NCBI RefSeq assembly: GCF_036365525.1
Contig: NW_027140989.1
Span: 3,038,001 to 3,102,000 of the forward strand
Length of the DNA: 64,000 bases
Direction of reading: 5' to 3'
Origin: Heterodontus francisci
Lineage: Eukaryota
Below the pieces are notes generated by a model that saw only the letters and a program-made list of their open reading frames with translations, was not told the origin of the DNA and did not search any database. The stretch's first letter is position 1. Each line of letters opens with the position of its first letter. The position numbers and the translations under genes are program-made. Of this stretch, positions 1 through 12,557 are shown piece by piece.

Positions 1-231
1 GAAAATCTCTCATCCATAACTGACAGACACAAAGAAAACCCAACACTTGCACTTCACACTCTGACAGATGCAGAATAAAACACACACATAATTAAGAAGA
101 TTTATAAACCAGATACTGACAGATACAGACTAAAACTCAATGTCACTTAACATAAACTGACAGATGCAGAATAAATTCAGCAGTCACAGACCAGAGAATG
201 AAATGTACAAAGTAAACCTCACAGACACATG

Positions 232-2202
232 TCAGAAATTGCCATGTACAGATTAAAAATCACACTCACATTCTAGAGAATGTAGAGATGTGGTGTACAA
301 TCCGGACTCAAAAGCCAGACTAAAAATCGTACTTGTATACCAGACCGTGACATAGACAGGTTAAAAACCATAAGTGCACATTAGAAATTTAAATGCACAG
401 GTTAAAACTTAAATTTACAAACCAGACAATCAAAGATAAAGAGTGAACACCACTCATATACAAGAAAGTGTTCGATTAACAGTCAAACCCACATTCACAT
501 GCAATAAACTGAGGGGCACAAGTTCAAGAAACACAAACAAACATCAGAAACTGAAAGATACAGAATAAGATGTTTCTCACATAAAACAAAGTGACAGATA
601 CAGATAAACCAACACTCAAAATCAGAAACTGACAGAGATAAACTGTAGACTAGGGATTGAGAGAGAAAGAGTGAAACTTACACCCGTGTCCAAGAAACTG
701 AATAATACAGCAAAAGAAGTGAAAAAAAACACTCACCCACGATAAAAGAATAAAACTGCACTAACACACCAGAAACTGACAGGCATGAAGCAAACCCCCG
801 TGCCACCCCCCACCCCCTCCCCCCGCACCCAATACAGAAAAACACAACAGAAACTGACAGCCATGAAATAAAAGCTACACACACATACCAGAAAGTGACA
901 AGTACAGTTCCATACTGAAAAATACAAGGAAACAAGATAAAAACCAACACTCACGATTCTGAGTTAGACTGAGGTCGAGTAAAATCTTGATGCAAATTCC
1001 AGAGACTGACTGGTACAGATATAAAACTCAATCAATAAGAAAGTGCGAGGTGCAGAGTAAACCCCACAAATGGGGATCAGAATGAAACTGGTACAAAGTA
1101 AAATTCAAACCAACTTTTCAGAAACAGACAGGTAACAAGAAGAAAGAAAGACACAACCTCAAAGACCAGAGTATGAGGGTTACAGAGTAAAACCCATGCT
1201 CGTTAATCAGGAATTGCCATGTACAGATTAAAAATCACACTCACATTCTAGAGAATGTAGAGATGTGGTGTACAATCCGGACTCAAAAGCCAGACTAAAA
1301 ATCGTACTTGTATACCAGACCGTGACATAGACAGGTTAAAAACCATAAGTGCACATTAGAAATTTAAATGCACAGGTTAAAACTTAAATTTACAAACCAG
1401 ACAATCAAAGATAAAGAGTGAACACCACTCATATACAAGAAAGTGTTCGATTAACAGTCAAACCCACATTCACATGCAATAAACTGAGGGGCACAAGTTC
1501 AAGAAACACAAACAAACATCAGAAACTGAAAGATACAGAATAAGATGTTTCTCACATAAAACAAAGTGACAGATACAGATAAACCAACACTCAAAATCAG
1601 AAACTGACAGAGATAAACTGTAGACTAGGGATTGAGAGAGAAAGAGTGAAACTTACACCCGTGTCCAAGAAACTGAATAATACAGCAAAAGAAGTGAAAA
1701 AAAACACTCACCCACGATAAAAGAATAAAACTGCACTAACACACCAGAAACTGACAGGCATGAAGCAAACCCCCGTGCCACCCCCCACCCCCTCCCCCCG
1801 CACCCAATACAGAAAAACACAACAGAAACTGACAGCCATGAAATAAAAGCTACACACACATACCAGAAAGTGACAAGTACAGTTCCATACTGAAAAATAC
1901 AAGGAAACAAGATAAAAACCAACACTCACGATTCTGAGTTAGACTGAGGTCGAGTAAAATCTTGATGCAAATTCCAGAGACTGACTGGTACAGATATAAA
2001 ACTCAATCAATAAGAAAGTGCGAGGTGCAGAGTAAACCCCACAAATGGGGATCAGAATGAAACTGGTACAAAGTAAAATTCAAACCAACTTTTCAGAAAC
2101 AGACAGGTAACAAGAAGAAAGAAAGACACAACCTCAAAGACCAGAGTATGAGGGTTACAGAGTAAAACCCATGCTCGTTAATCAGGAATTGCCATGTACA
2201 GA
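232..2202. repeat. 975-bp tandem duplication, two apparently identical copies
   Basis: GCCATGTACAGA starts at 241, 1216 and 2191; ORFs 678-950 and 1653-1925 translate identically. Confidence 0.95.
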
Positions 2203-3120
2203 ATTAAAAACCTCTCATTCACACGAGAAACTTACAGGTACCAAGGAAATCCCACACTCACACTTCAGAGACTGACAAATATTCAGAAAAAATACCGTTT
2301 TAACAGAGATTGACAGGAACAGAATTAAGCACACCATCAAGATAAACAAATGGCAGATTCAGCATAAATCACAAATTCCCATTGCAGAGATTGACATGCA
2401 CAGAGTAAAATGAACACCTATTCCGCAGAAATTAACAATCACCCTTTAAAAGTACAGTCACAGAATAGAAACTGTCCGTTCAAGGTCGAAGCAGATTCAC
2501 AGAACAAATTGAAATATGCAATGTGAACCTCCTACTCAAATACCAGAAGCTAATAGGTGCACAGTAAAAAGTAAAACTGATAATGACATACCAGACACAG
2601 ACAGACAGAAAAAAGCCAATATCACGTAGCAGAATCTGACAAATACAGAATAAAATGTATAGTAGCATATCAGATATTGACAGGAAAAGCACAACCATAA
2701 AGCAACAAGTACAGAATAATGGCCATACTGACAAGTGTGATATTGATAGGTACAGGGAAAACGTTACACTCACCAGAGACATGCAGAAACAGAATAAAAC
2801 CCACATACAGATAAGGTAACTCAGAGGTACACAGTAAAATCCATATTCACATGCCAGAAACAGACAGGGAAAGTAAAACATACCCTCACAAATCATGCAC
2901 AGACAAGTACTGAGTAATAGCGGCATTCACATTACAGAGACTGACAGATGCAGGGTAAAATCCACAATCAATTACCACAAACAAAAAGCTACAGATTAAA
3001 ACAGATATTTCCTTTGCAGTAAATGACAACATGCTGGGTAAAATCCACATTCCCATATCAGAAATGAAAGGGTGAAGAGTGATCCCACATTCACTCGCCA
3101 GAATAAAGAAGGTACAGTGT

Positions 3121-3330
3121 AAATGAAAGCAGAAAATGCTGGAAATACTCTGCAAGTCTGGCAGCACCTATGGAGAGAGGGAGACAGTTAAAATTTCAGA
3201 ACAATGATGAACGGCCATTGACCTGAAAGGTTAACTCTGTTTATGTCTCCACAGATGTTGGCAGGCCTGCTGAGTGTTTTACAGCATTTTCTGTTTTTTA
3301 ATTTCCAGCATTCACAGTATTTTGCTTAGT
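3121..3330. mobile_element. Palindromic Penelope-associated/MER6-like short repeat with degenerate hammerhead-like core
   Basis: Left arm CAGAAAATGCTGGAAATACTC..GGCAGCA..TGGAGA pairs with right arm TCTCCACAGATG..GAGTG..CAGCATTTTCTG; the centre reads ATGATGA..GACCTGAAA. Confidence 0.6.
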
Positions 3331-3829
3331 ATTATGTTCAATGTAAAGAGCTTTCATCTATTCCAGAAATTTACAAGTACAAAACAATGCTCATTCTCAC
3401 ATAACAGATAGTGAGACATTCAAAACAAAACCACTGTTCACTTCAGCAGAAACTGTCAGGTACATTACAAAACCAACACTTACATACCAGAAGCTGATAG
3501 ATGCATAATAAAACCCACACTCACATCAGAAGTTGGCAGGTACTGTGGAAACCCCATATGTGTTTATCAGATACAGAGAAAAAACCACAGTCACATTCCA
3601 CATTCTGGGATAAAGAATAAATCCCTCACTCTCATACTATACAAAGAGGGACAGATAGTTGGACAGATCGAGATGTGTAAGAGTTTCTTCATTGTTTTTT
3701 AAATATAAACAAACAGATCATGTCTTTCAGACTGACAGATGGAGAATGACTTCCACACTCATACTGTACCAGTGATGAACAGACACAGAACGAATGCTAT
3801 TCATATGCACACCTTTATGATTATTTGTA

Positions 3830-4440
3830 GTGTATGTTTATGGGATGTGAGCATCTCCAGGAAGGCCAGTAATAGTTGTCCATCCCTCATTGCCATTTAG
3901 AAGATGGTGTCTTGTGGCCTTCTTGCTCCCTCCAGTCTTTGTAGTGTAGGTACACCCAAAGTGGTGTTAGGTAGGGAGTTGCAGAATTTGGACTGAATGA
4001 TGATGCAGGAATGGTGTTATTTTTCCAAGCCAGGATGACATATGAACTGGTGATCAAATTGCAGGTGGTCATGTTCTCATACGTTTCCTGCCCATGTTCT
4101 ACTTTGTAGCAGATGTCGTGGGTTTGGCAGGTGCTGTTTCATGGTGCTTCCTCTGGTTGATGCAGTACGTCTTGTAGATGGTACACACTGTGCACTGGTG
4201 GTGGAGGGAGTAAATGGTTAAGCTGGTGAATGGTAAGCCACTCAAGCCTACTGCTTTGTCCTGGATGGTATAGGGTTTCTTGAGTATTGTTAGAGGTGCA
4301 TACATCCAGGCAAGTGGGGAGTAATCCATCAGACTTCTGACTTGTGGCTTGTCAGTGGTGGAAAGTCTTTTAGGAGTTTGGACGTGAGTTACTAACCACA
4401 GAGTTTCCGGCTTCTGAGCAGCTCTGGAAGCCATAGTGGT
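3830..4440 (-). mobile_element. Non-LTR retrotransposon fragment (CR1/L2-group RT C-terminus and 3' region)
   Basis: QVRSLMDYSPLAWM...TIQDKA resembles the post-RT region of vertebrate LINEs; paralog at ~22310-22900. Confidence 0.7.
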
Positions 4441-6094
4441 AATATGGCAGGAAAAGTGTAAATCCTGCAGTCATTTCCCATAAAGTAACATGCACAGAAT
4501 AATGGGCATATGAAACAAGATAATGACAGGCCGAGGACACAAGCCACAATCACTAATCATAGGCTTGTGGATACAGAATAAAACCCACAATCACATACCA
4601 GTAACTGAGAGATGCATCGTAAAATCCACATTCATATGTCAGGAACAGAAAGGGAAAGTAAAAACACTTGCTGACAAATCTGACGCAGACAGACACAGAG
4701 TAATAGCAACATTCACATTCCAGAGACTGACAGATATAGAGCTAGAGCTCCAATCAATTACAAGAAACAAACAGGTACAGAATAAAATACATACTTGCTT
4801 TGTAGTAACTGACAGATACAGAATAAAATCCACATTCACATATCAGAAACTGACAGGTGAAGAGTAAAAGACACAGTAACATATCACAAACTGACAGATA
4901 CAGGGTGATCTCACATTCACTTGTCAGAATATAAAAGGTAAAGAATAAAAATCTTTCTTCCAGACCAGAAACTGACTGCACAGAATAAAGGAGCGCCTTT
5001 CATTGCAGTAACTGACCAGAACAGAGGAAAATCCATATTCACATGTCAGAAACTGACAGGAACAGAAAGAACACACACTCACATACCAGAAATTGGCACA
5101 CAGAATAAAATTCACACGCGCATTTCAGAAATTAACTTTACAGATGAAAATCCACAATCATACAGCAGAAAGTGAGATGTACAATTAAACCCAGCTTCTG
5201 ACACGTGAGGCTAACACACACAGAGTAAAAACAATGCTCATGTCACATACCAGAAACAGGCAGATGCACATCACAACCCACACTCACATATCAGATACTG
5301 GCAGTTACCGTGTAAAATAACTCTTAAAGATCACTGACAGGGATATGATACACTCCACATTCATTCATCAGAAACTTACAGATACAGATAATAAACAGTA
5401 CTTACATAAAACAGATTGGCAGGAACAGGTTAAAACATACCATCATCTATAGATGTCTGATAGGGACAGAATACAGTCGAGGCCTCCAAACCAGAGACTG
5501 ACATGTTGAGTGAAAACCAGACTCACCTGTCATCAATTAACATGTGCAGTGTGAAGCTCTTCAAACATATTACTGACTAACAAGTACAGAGGCAAAATCA
5601 AACAACCTTCCATAGCAGAAACTGACAGGTACAGATTAAACTCCAAATTCACATATCGGACACTAACAAAGAGAAAGGCCCAGACTTCCATAACTTTAGT
5701 TTCAATAATTAATAAGTACATTATTTAGAAACCCCGGTTGTGTCGGAACCCTCAGTCTCACTCTTTAACACCTCACACTGAAAATCCACACTCTCTTTTG
5801 TTTCCCACGAATCGGGACCAATTTATAATGCGAGATGCGTTTTTTCTAACATTGATCTGAAATGTATCCGGTTACAGAATGTTGTGAATGAGGCTTTTTG
5901 CCTGCCGGTTACAGACTGTTTTAAAACAGGACAGAGAATGAAGCCGAATAGATGTCGGATTGTAAAAGCGAATCTGGAACTTGTGAGAAAATGTGAAATA
6001 ATACAATATGGGGGATATTTTTACATCCCTGTCGTAAGGCTATATGATCTATTAACGTGATCTGCAGTGAAGCCGCTCCTTGTTTTACAAATCT

Positions 6095-6300
6095 GTTGGC
6101 GGGCTTTTCAAATTTGAAAAAGAAGCTGTTTGGAATCTGCCGATCCTGAGCGGTTATATTCCGCCCTATTAACGTGATGCCTCCGGATTGGTGAACTAAG
6201 CAACTATCTGATTGGTAACATGAACAACACAATGAGAAGCTGCACAGAGTGACCAATCACCAGTGTCCTCACTATCATTCATCCAGAAGGGATAAGTGGA
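6095..6300 (+). promoter_or_regulatory. H2A promoter (decayed TATA)
   Basis: TTGGCGGG next to palindrome TTTTCAAATTTGAAAA (6105-6120); several ATTGG/CCAAT boxes; the TATA position reads GGATAAGT versus GTATAAAT in the paralog at ~24110. Confidence 0.65.
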
Positions 6301-6396
6301 CGGATTTGATCATTCTTCCTGAACTGTTTTGTAATGTAGTTTTTACAGATTTTTATGATGAAAGATTTTTTTTTGGAGGGGGCGGGTGGGGTGTTA

Positions 6397-6678
6397 ATGT
6401 TTGGAAGAGGGAAAACCGGTGGTAAACCTCAGTCCAAAGCCAAGTCTCACTCCTCTCAGTCTGGACTGCAGTTCCCGGTTGTTCGTGTTCACTGGCTCCC
6501 GAGAAATAGGGAACGATGCTGAGCGTGTCGGTGCCGGAGCCCCGGTCTATCTGGCTGCTGTGCTCGAGTATCTGACAGAAGGAATCGTCGAACTAGCCGG
6601 CAACGCGGCCCGGGAAAACAAGAAGACGCGCATCATCCCCAGACACCTCCAGCTGGCCCAAAGGCTCTTTTCAGAGCC
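6397..6678 (+). pseudogene. H2A: Histone H2A pseudogene: +1 frameshift, C-terminus deleted, fused to stem-loop
   Basis: ATG at 6397 gives [19 protein letters not shown]; frameshift near 6505; then [34 protein letters not shown] running straight into GGCTCTTTTCAGAGCC (6663-6678). Confidence 0.92.
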
Positions 6679-6957
6679 ACGCACTTTATCTGTGAAAGGG
6701 CTGGTTCCTGTCTGAGAGACGGCAATTTTATAATGCAAGCGCTGCTTTGTGTTGGTATGATTCGGGATTTAGCCGCTTGCCTCTGGAGATATTTGTCAGG
6801 CATTTTAACAATTCCAGCGTTTCTGCGCAAATAAAGCTTTTGTTTAGTCCTAAACTGCTCGCCCCTCCAATAAAATGATCTGTGCACATTGGTTTCGCTG
6901 CTCTCGACCACATTTCTCTGCTGCAGAGATCGCAGCTCTTTGTTTTGCCGATTTGGT

Positions 6958-6973
6958 GGCTCTTAAAAAAGCC
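6958..6973 (-). terminator. Histone 3' stem-loop of the H3 pseudogene
   Basis: Minus strand GGCTTT-TTTA-AGAGCC-ACC followed by a purine-rich HDE (AAAGAGCTG). Confidence 0.85.
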
Positions 6974-7016
6974 GTTGTGTTATTTGATGCCAAACTCAGT
7001 TCGGGGCAGGGTGAGA

Positions 7017-7476
<460 letters not shown>

Positions 7477-7864
7477 CTATTTAAGACAGTAGAGGGACCG
7501 CCCTAGTGTTGTGATTGGATGCAGCCCCGTCCATCAGTCAAGTTTGAAACCAGCTCTGGGAAATAAAAGGGCGGCGGGAAATGCTGCGCCCTGATTGGTT
7601 GAACTGTAACTGAAATGTAATCGTACTCAAAAAGCCCGCCAATTTCAGATAGCAAAACAAGGCAAAGATTAAAAAAGAAACCTAATTTGGCGGGAACAAT
7701 TATGAAATCTGACTCCTTGCAGCTTCATTTATTTCGTCCGAGATCCCACACTATCTTCCCACTCGGTTTGACTCGGCCCTCACGAATACATTACCACTTG
7801 CAGCCGTTTCATTCATGACGCGCTGAATCAACATGGAAAAGAAACATACAGTAAAACAACGCGA

Positions 7865-8230
7865 CAGAGTTGGGTATCCTGGTACATGAATCACAAAATG
7901 TTAGTATGCACGGACAACATGAGTTTAGGAAGAGAAATGGAATGATGTCAGTTATTGGTGAGACTGTATCTGTAATACTGTGTACAGTTTTGGTCTCCTT
8001 ACTGATGAAAGCACAGAAATTGCATTTGAAGCAGTTCAGAGAAGGTTCACTCGACTGATCGCTGGGATGAAGGGGTTATCTTCTGGGAAATAGTTGGACC
8101 GGTTGGCCTGTATCCATTGGAATTAAGGAGAATGAGAAGTGATCTTATTGAAATCCATAAGATCTTGAGATCACTTGGCAGGGTGGATACTGAGAGGATG
8201 TTTCCCCTTATGAGAGAGACTCAACCAGGA
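7865..8230 (+). mobile_element. CR1-type LINE ORF2 3' fragment
   Basis: LELRRMRSDLIEIHKILRSLGRVD matches the CR1 'LE.RR.RGDLIE.YKI' motif. Confidence 0.8.
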
Positions 8231-10939
8231 ACACAAGGATACTTGCTAAAAGTGAAAGACACAGGAAGCATCTGTAAAGTGTGTAGATTAAACAAATTAG
8301 GATAATCGGAACAATTCGGAACCTAATATGGTAAAATAAAGGGTGATAGGGGATATCATCGATACACTTAGCAAGGGGTGAACAGAACATTGTTGGCACA
8401 CTTAGAAGGAGAAGATAGACTATGGTCAACACAGCAAGAGAAGAAGAAGGAGAGAAGTCCATGCCCCAGCAAGCGCAGAAGCAAGAACCAGTACTGAGTG
8501 TTACTGTATACTTATTGTTGTTGCTAAGGATTGACTTTGTGCATCTTAGTTAAGCCTAATAAACTCTCTGACTTGATCGCGGAACTTGACTCTGTACCTT
8601 GTTGGTCCATGTTGGTCCGGAATCTCAAGGTGAGACGGGTTGGATATTCTCTGTCTCACCTCTGTTCAGGTAACATCTACCTGAAACTTACAGCTCTTTA
8701 CTATTCACATACATTTCTTTGTATTTTGTCCTCCTCAAACTTCCAAATTATGGTCCTTTGAAAGCAATGTTGTTAATAAAGGTTTCTGTGTCAGCCGACT
8801 GCATACTTCTTCGCATTAAAAAGACATCAGTTCACTACTACACTCTGTCTCCTATCCTTTAGCCAACTACCATCTCAGCATACCAGCATCAATTTTTAAC
8901 ATGAACTTCTATTTTCTGTGTAACTCTGTTATGTACGACTTGATCGAATGCCTTTTAAAAAGCAGATATCCAATATCGATCCAACTACCTTCAGCAAAGT
9001 CAACCCCAAGAATTCAATCAGGTTAGTCGCACATGATTTGTCCTTAGCAAATCGGTATTGCATGTCGCTTATTAACTCATCATTCTTCAAGTTGAAGTTC
9101 ATTTGATCCTTGACACTTGTCTCCAATTGTTTTCGACCTCTGATGGACTGTCGTCACCAGCTTTTTCCATCCCATTTCTAGAACAGGACTGTAACATTTG
9201 CACTGTTTCAGGCAACTGGAACTACTTCAATATCCAAACATTATCGTCAGGATTTCTGTTATCTCCCTCAGCAATCTGGGATGCTTTCCATCTGGACTCA
9301 TTAACGTGAAGTGATCCCAATCTATTGAGAACCTCCTTTCTGTCTATTTTCATTCTATCCAATATCTCTGTACCCCTTCTCTACTGGGACATTAACTTCA
9401 TCCTTGCTTTTGTGAACAGACATATAACGCTCTCATTCATTACCTTTTCCAACACAAGGAGATTTCCGTTCTTTATCCCTAAAAGCTCCGCAATTTCTTG
9501 CACTATCATTTAGCATTTTTGTATATTTATCAATAATTTTTATTCTCTCTGCTGTTACTCATTAATATTTTCGTATAATCTCTTGCAAACATTTTTCTTT
9601 TTTTCCCTGCACTCTCACTATTCTGCCTGGTTGGATTCATGGTGATGTCGAGGATATGGGATATTTGTATAAATCACTGCCATTATTATTTAAGTGATTG
9701 GCGCTGCAAACAATCTTTGAGTCATATTGATCAAAAGCAAATTATGGGTAAGGTGTGTGAGGCTGAGACTGGAAGGTTGTCTGAATAAGGCAGGAGAGCA
9801 GGTGCAGGGGCGGCTCCTCAATTGGCCAAAACAATCTGGTCGAAGTGCAAGAGTGAGTCCGAGTATTTTCAGGATGAAGGATAAACATCTGATAGTCTCT
9901 GTTTAATATCAACGGAGTGAAACTCTTGGTCACGGAAATGATACCTGAAAGGCCTTGTGCTGTCAATCTGCCGAGTGTACGGGAGGGAAGGATGGAGTGG
10001 AAGAGCCTCTGTATTTCTCCAGTACTGAATTGTAGTGGGTTGGATGTTAAATCAGTTTGTAACTCTGCCTGTTGAGTGAGTAGGCGACAGAAACGATACC
10101 AGTTCCCATCCCTGTGTGACTGTCACTCCTTCTGTTGTGTGTGTGCAAGATTAAACCCTGAGTCCCTCTATCCAGCTCTGGCTGCTATATCTGGAAAGAT
10201 GCTGAATCTTTCAGTAGTTGATCTGCTCAAACCGAGTTCAAGGCCTGAGTGGTGAACAGAATTTCACATTAATTGTGTGAATAATACGATGATTGAACAG
10301 CAGGTTATGATCGACTGGACCAAAGGCTGGAAAAATTCCTGTCCATAAATCTTTCAACAGGGAGTTCGATGATCTGCTGGTTCCGAGTGTTTCAGGGAAA
10401 CAGGAGTAGAAATCGGCAGCTGAGCCCTGAAAATTCACAGCAAAGACTGTGTACATGAGGACATTTAACAACCGGGAGCTGAAACTCTGGGACGGGCTCT
10501 ATAGCCACTGTGTTTGTGTGTCCGGTATAATCGCGGCAGCTCCATGTCTCTCTTGTTTAGAATGAAACAATGAAGATCGCCATTCGGTATTACTCACATT
10601 GACCGCGGGTTTCACTCCGGTTAGACAAACCTTTGCTGGCTGAAATGAATTCTACAAGGTCCCAGCAAACACACCGACTTCCTCCTTCCTCCCATGTTTC
10701 TGTCGGATTGTTTTGAGAGGAGGGTCTCAATAATAACAAACACCCTGCAGGGAGAGACGGCAATTTGAACATCTAAATAGGATCAACTCCAGGCTTTCTA
10801 GGTTATAGATTCCCTCCACCCCACCCCACTCTCCCTCCACCAATCCCCACCCTTCCTCCACCCTAACCCCATGTTCAGTTTCATTGTTCACACATTGATG
10901 AGGGTGAAATGGGGAAAGTTCCCATTTATTTTCGTTGCA

Positions 10940-11100
10940 GAGAGCTGCGCACGCGCGGTATAGCCCCGCCCACTGGAGACGTCATTATGAGGAGAAGAGC
11001 GCATGCTCCCCCAACACTGGTTCTGAGTGTTCAGTGAGTGAGCGGAAGATTGTTTAAATCAGCTGCGAATGGAGACATCCGGGTCCCGGGTTAAGTGAAC
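10940..11100 (+). promoter_or_regulatory. Orphan CpG-rich promoter / first exon, copy 1
   Basis: NRF1-like GCGCACGCGC and GCGCATGC, GC box CCCCGCCC, CRE-like GACGTCA, ETS CGGAAG; the splice donor reads TTAAGT here but GTAAGT in both paralogs. Confidence 0.55.
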
Positions 11101-11220
11101 AAACAACATCTGCTTCCAGCAGCAACACCAGGTTTGGGAGCGAGTCTGCAGATGTGTTCAGAGATTAACATTGAATAGCGGGGAAGTTCAGCAGGAGTCG
11201 GGGACTGTGTGGAATGTACA

Positions 11221-11878
11221 CTCGAGCCCTGGATCCCCGAGTCCAACCCGAGCGGAACCCGAGCACATGTGTCCGCCTCGGCTCGGGCCCAGCTTGCGGC
11301 TCCGGCCTTCGGGCTCGGGTCCAGTTCGGGTCGGGTCGGACACACTCGGTCAGTCTCTGCTGGTCAGTATTGAAATTTTAAAAAATCTGACCGGAGCTGG
11401 GAGTCCGGGTCGGAATTGAGTCTGCGCAGTGAGCCGGTGCCGGCACTGTCATCACGCATGCGCTGCACCTTTTTTTGGTTGGGTGTCAGGAAGGGTTGAG
11501 TCGGGTCCGCTGTTGTTCGGTCGGGTTCTTGCTGTATGTGTAGACAGGAGTCCTGACAGTGAACAGTTTAATTTTTTTTATATAAATACTGTATATTTTA
11601 TAATCATTTTACGATAATTATTCATTCAGGACCTTCCTGCTCTCTGCATTTCAGCTGCTCACTCGATAAACTTGCCGCAAGTATTTCAACCTGTAAAGCA
11701 GTAGTTTACATAATGTATAATGATATTTACTGAGCCTTCTGGCAATCGCTGTGTTTATATTAAGCAATACAGATACTGGTAAAGTGTGGAAACAACTCCA
11801 TGGGTTTCTATTTAACTCATGACCAAACAATCACTGACATTGTGCTCCAATCATCATCTTTTAAACAATCTTTCAACC
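11221..11878 (+). mobile_element. Left part of a non-autonomous hAT-like element
   Basis: Paralog of 36438-37113 with dense TCGGG/CCCGA subterminal motifs; the right end is deleted. Confidence 0.55.
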
Positions 11879-11892
11879 AGCTGAAACAGATT

Positions 11893-12251
11893 TAGTTTAG
11901 ATTTTTAGTTTAGAGATACAGCACTGAAACAGGCCCTTCGGCCCACCGAGTCTGTGCCGACCATCAACCACCCATTTATAATAATCCTACACAAATCCCA
12001 CATTCCTACCACATCCCCACCTGTCCCTATATTCCCCGACCACCTACCTATACTAGGGGCAATTTATAATGGCCAATTAACCTATCAACCTGCAAGTCTT
12101 TGGCATGTGGGAGGAAACCGGAGCACCCGGAGGAAACCCACGCAGACACAGGGAGAACTTGCAAACTCCACACAGGCAGTACCCAGAATTGAACCCGGGT
12201 CGCTGGAGCTGTGAGGCTGCGGTGCTAACCACTGCGCCACTGTGCCACCCC
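11893..12251 (-). mobile_element. tRNA-derived V-SINE (HE1-like), full length
   Basis: Minus strand has A box GTGGCGCAGTGG, B box GGTTCAATTC, V-domain GTGGGTTTCCTCCGGGTGCTCCGGTTTCCTCCCAC and a (CTAAA)n tail; absent from the paralogous site at ~50730; flanked by ATT. Confidence 0.88.
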
Positions 12252-12557
12252 ATTGTTTATCTGACAGTGCCACAAAAACTTACAAAGATGTCAAAAGATA
12301 GATGGACACTCTGAAAGCTTTGGAGGTTTGAGATTCATCCATGACATCAAATAATCTAGGCTAAGAATATTTTTCTTTAAAAAAAGTGATAGGTAACTTC
12401 ATGCAAAATTGTATTAAATGTCAATGCTGGAAATTGTTCAACATGCTTTGTCAATGTTAACATATATGTTTTGTTTTGAGTTGTCGGCTATTCGAGGTGC
12501 TGGCTATTATGTGTATACTGATCAACCAGAAGTCTTCAATCAAACAGTAATGTAGAT

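Larger units (their letters stand above)
1..5700 (-). repeat. Old, highly degenerate ~41-bp satellite-like tract, interrupted by TE fragments
   Basis: Recurring motif like CAGAAACTGACAGATACAGAATAAAACCCACACTCACA at roughly 40-bp spacing; it is the reverse complement of the 41-bp unit at 30019-30972. Confidence 0.7.

Noticed and set aside
678-2926. Cys/Val/Phe-rich 'membrane protein' ORFs (also ~44.5-46.5 kb and ~55.4-56.3 kb)
   Set aside because: They are translations of the TG-rich strand of the satellite and have no domain signal.
6401-6715. 104-aa ORF as a functional short H2A variant
   Set aside because: It starts at a TTG out of frame with the H2A N-terminus, the true ATG frame is shifted, it reads through the stem-loop, and the paralog has further damage.
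8300-8770. Four-copy segment (also ~30980, ~33000, ~53850) as a coding exon
   Set aside because: Splice-like motifs occur on both strands, but the minus-strand frames I read are stopped and the plus-strand ORF resembles nothing I recognise.
10590-10772. Small ORFs 'conserved' in three places (10590, 35807, 51837) and similar pairs
   Set aside because: The similarity is explained by segmental duplication; flanks look equally similar and no family is recognisable.
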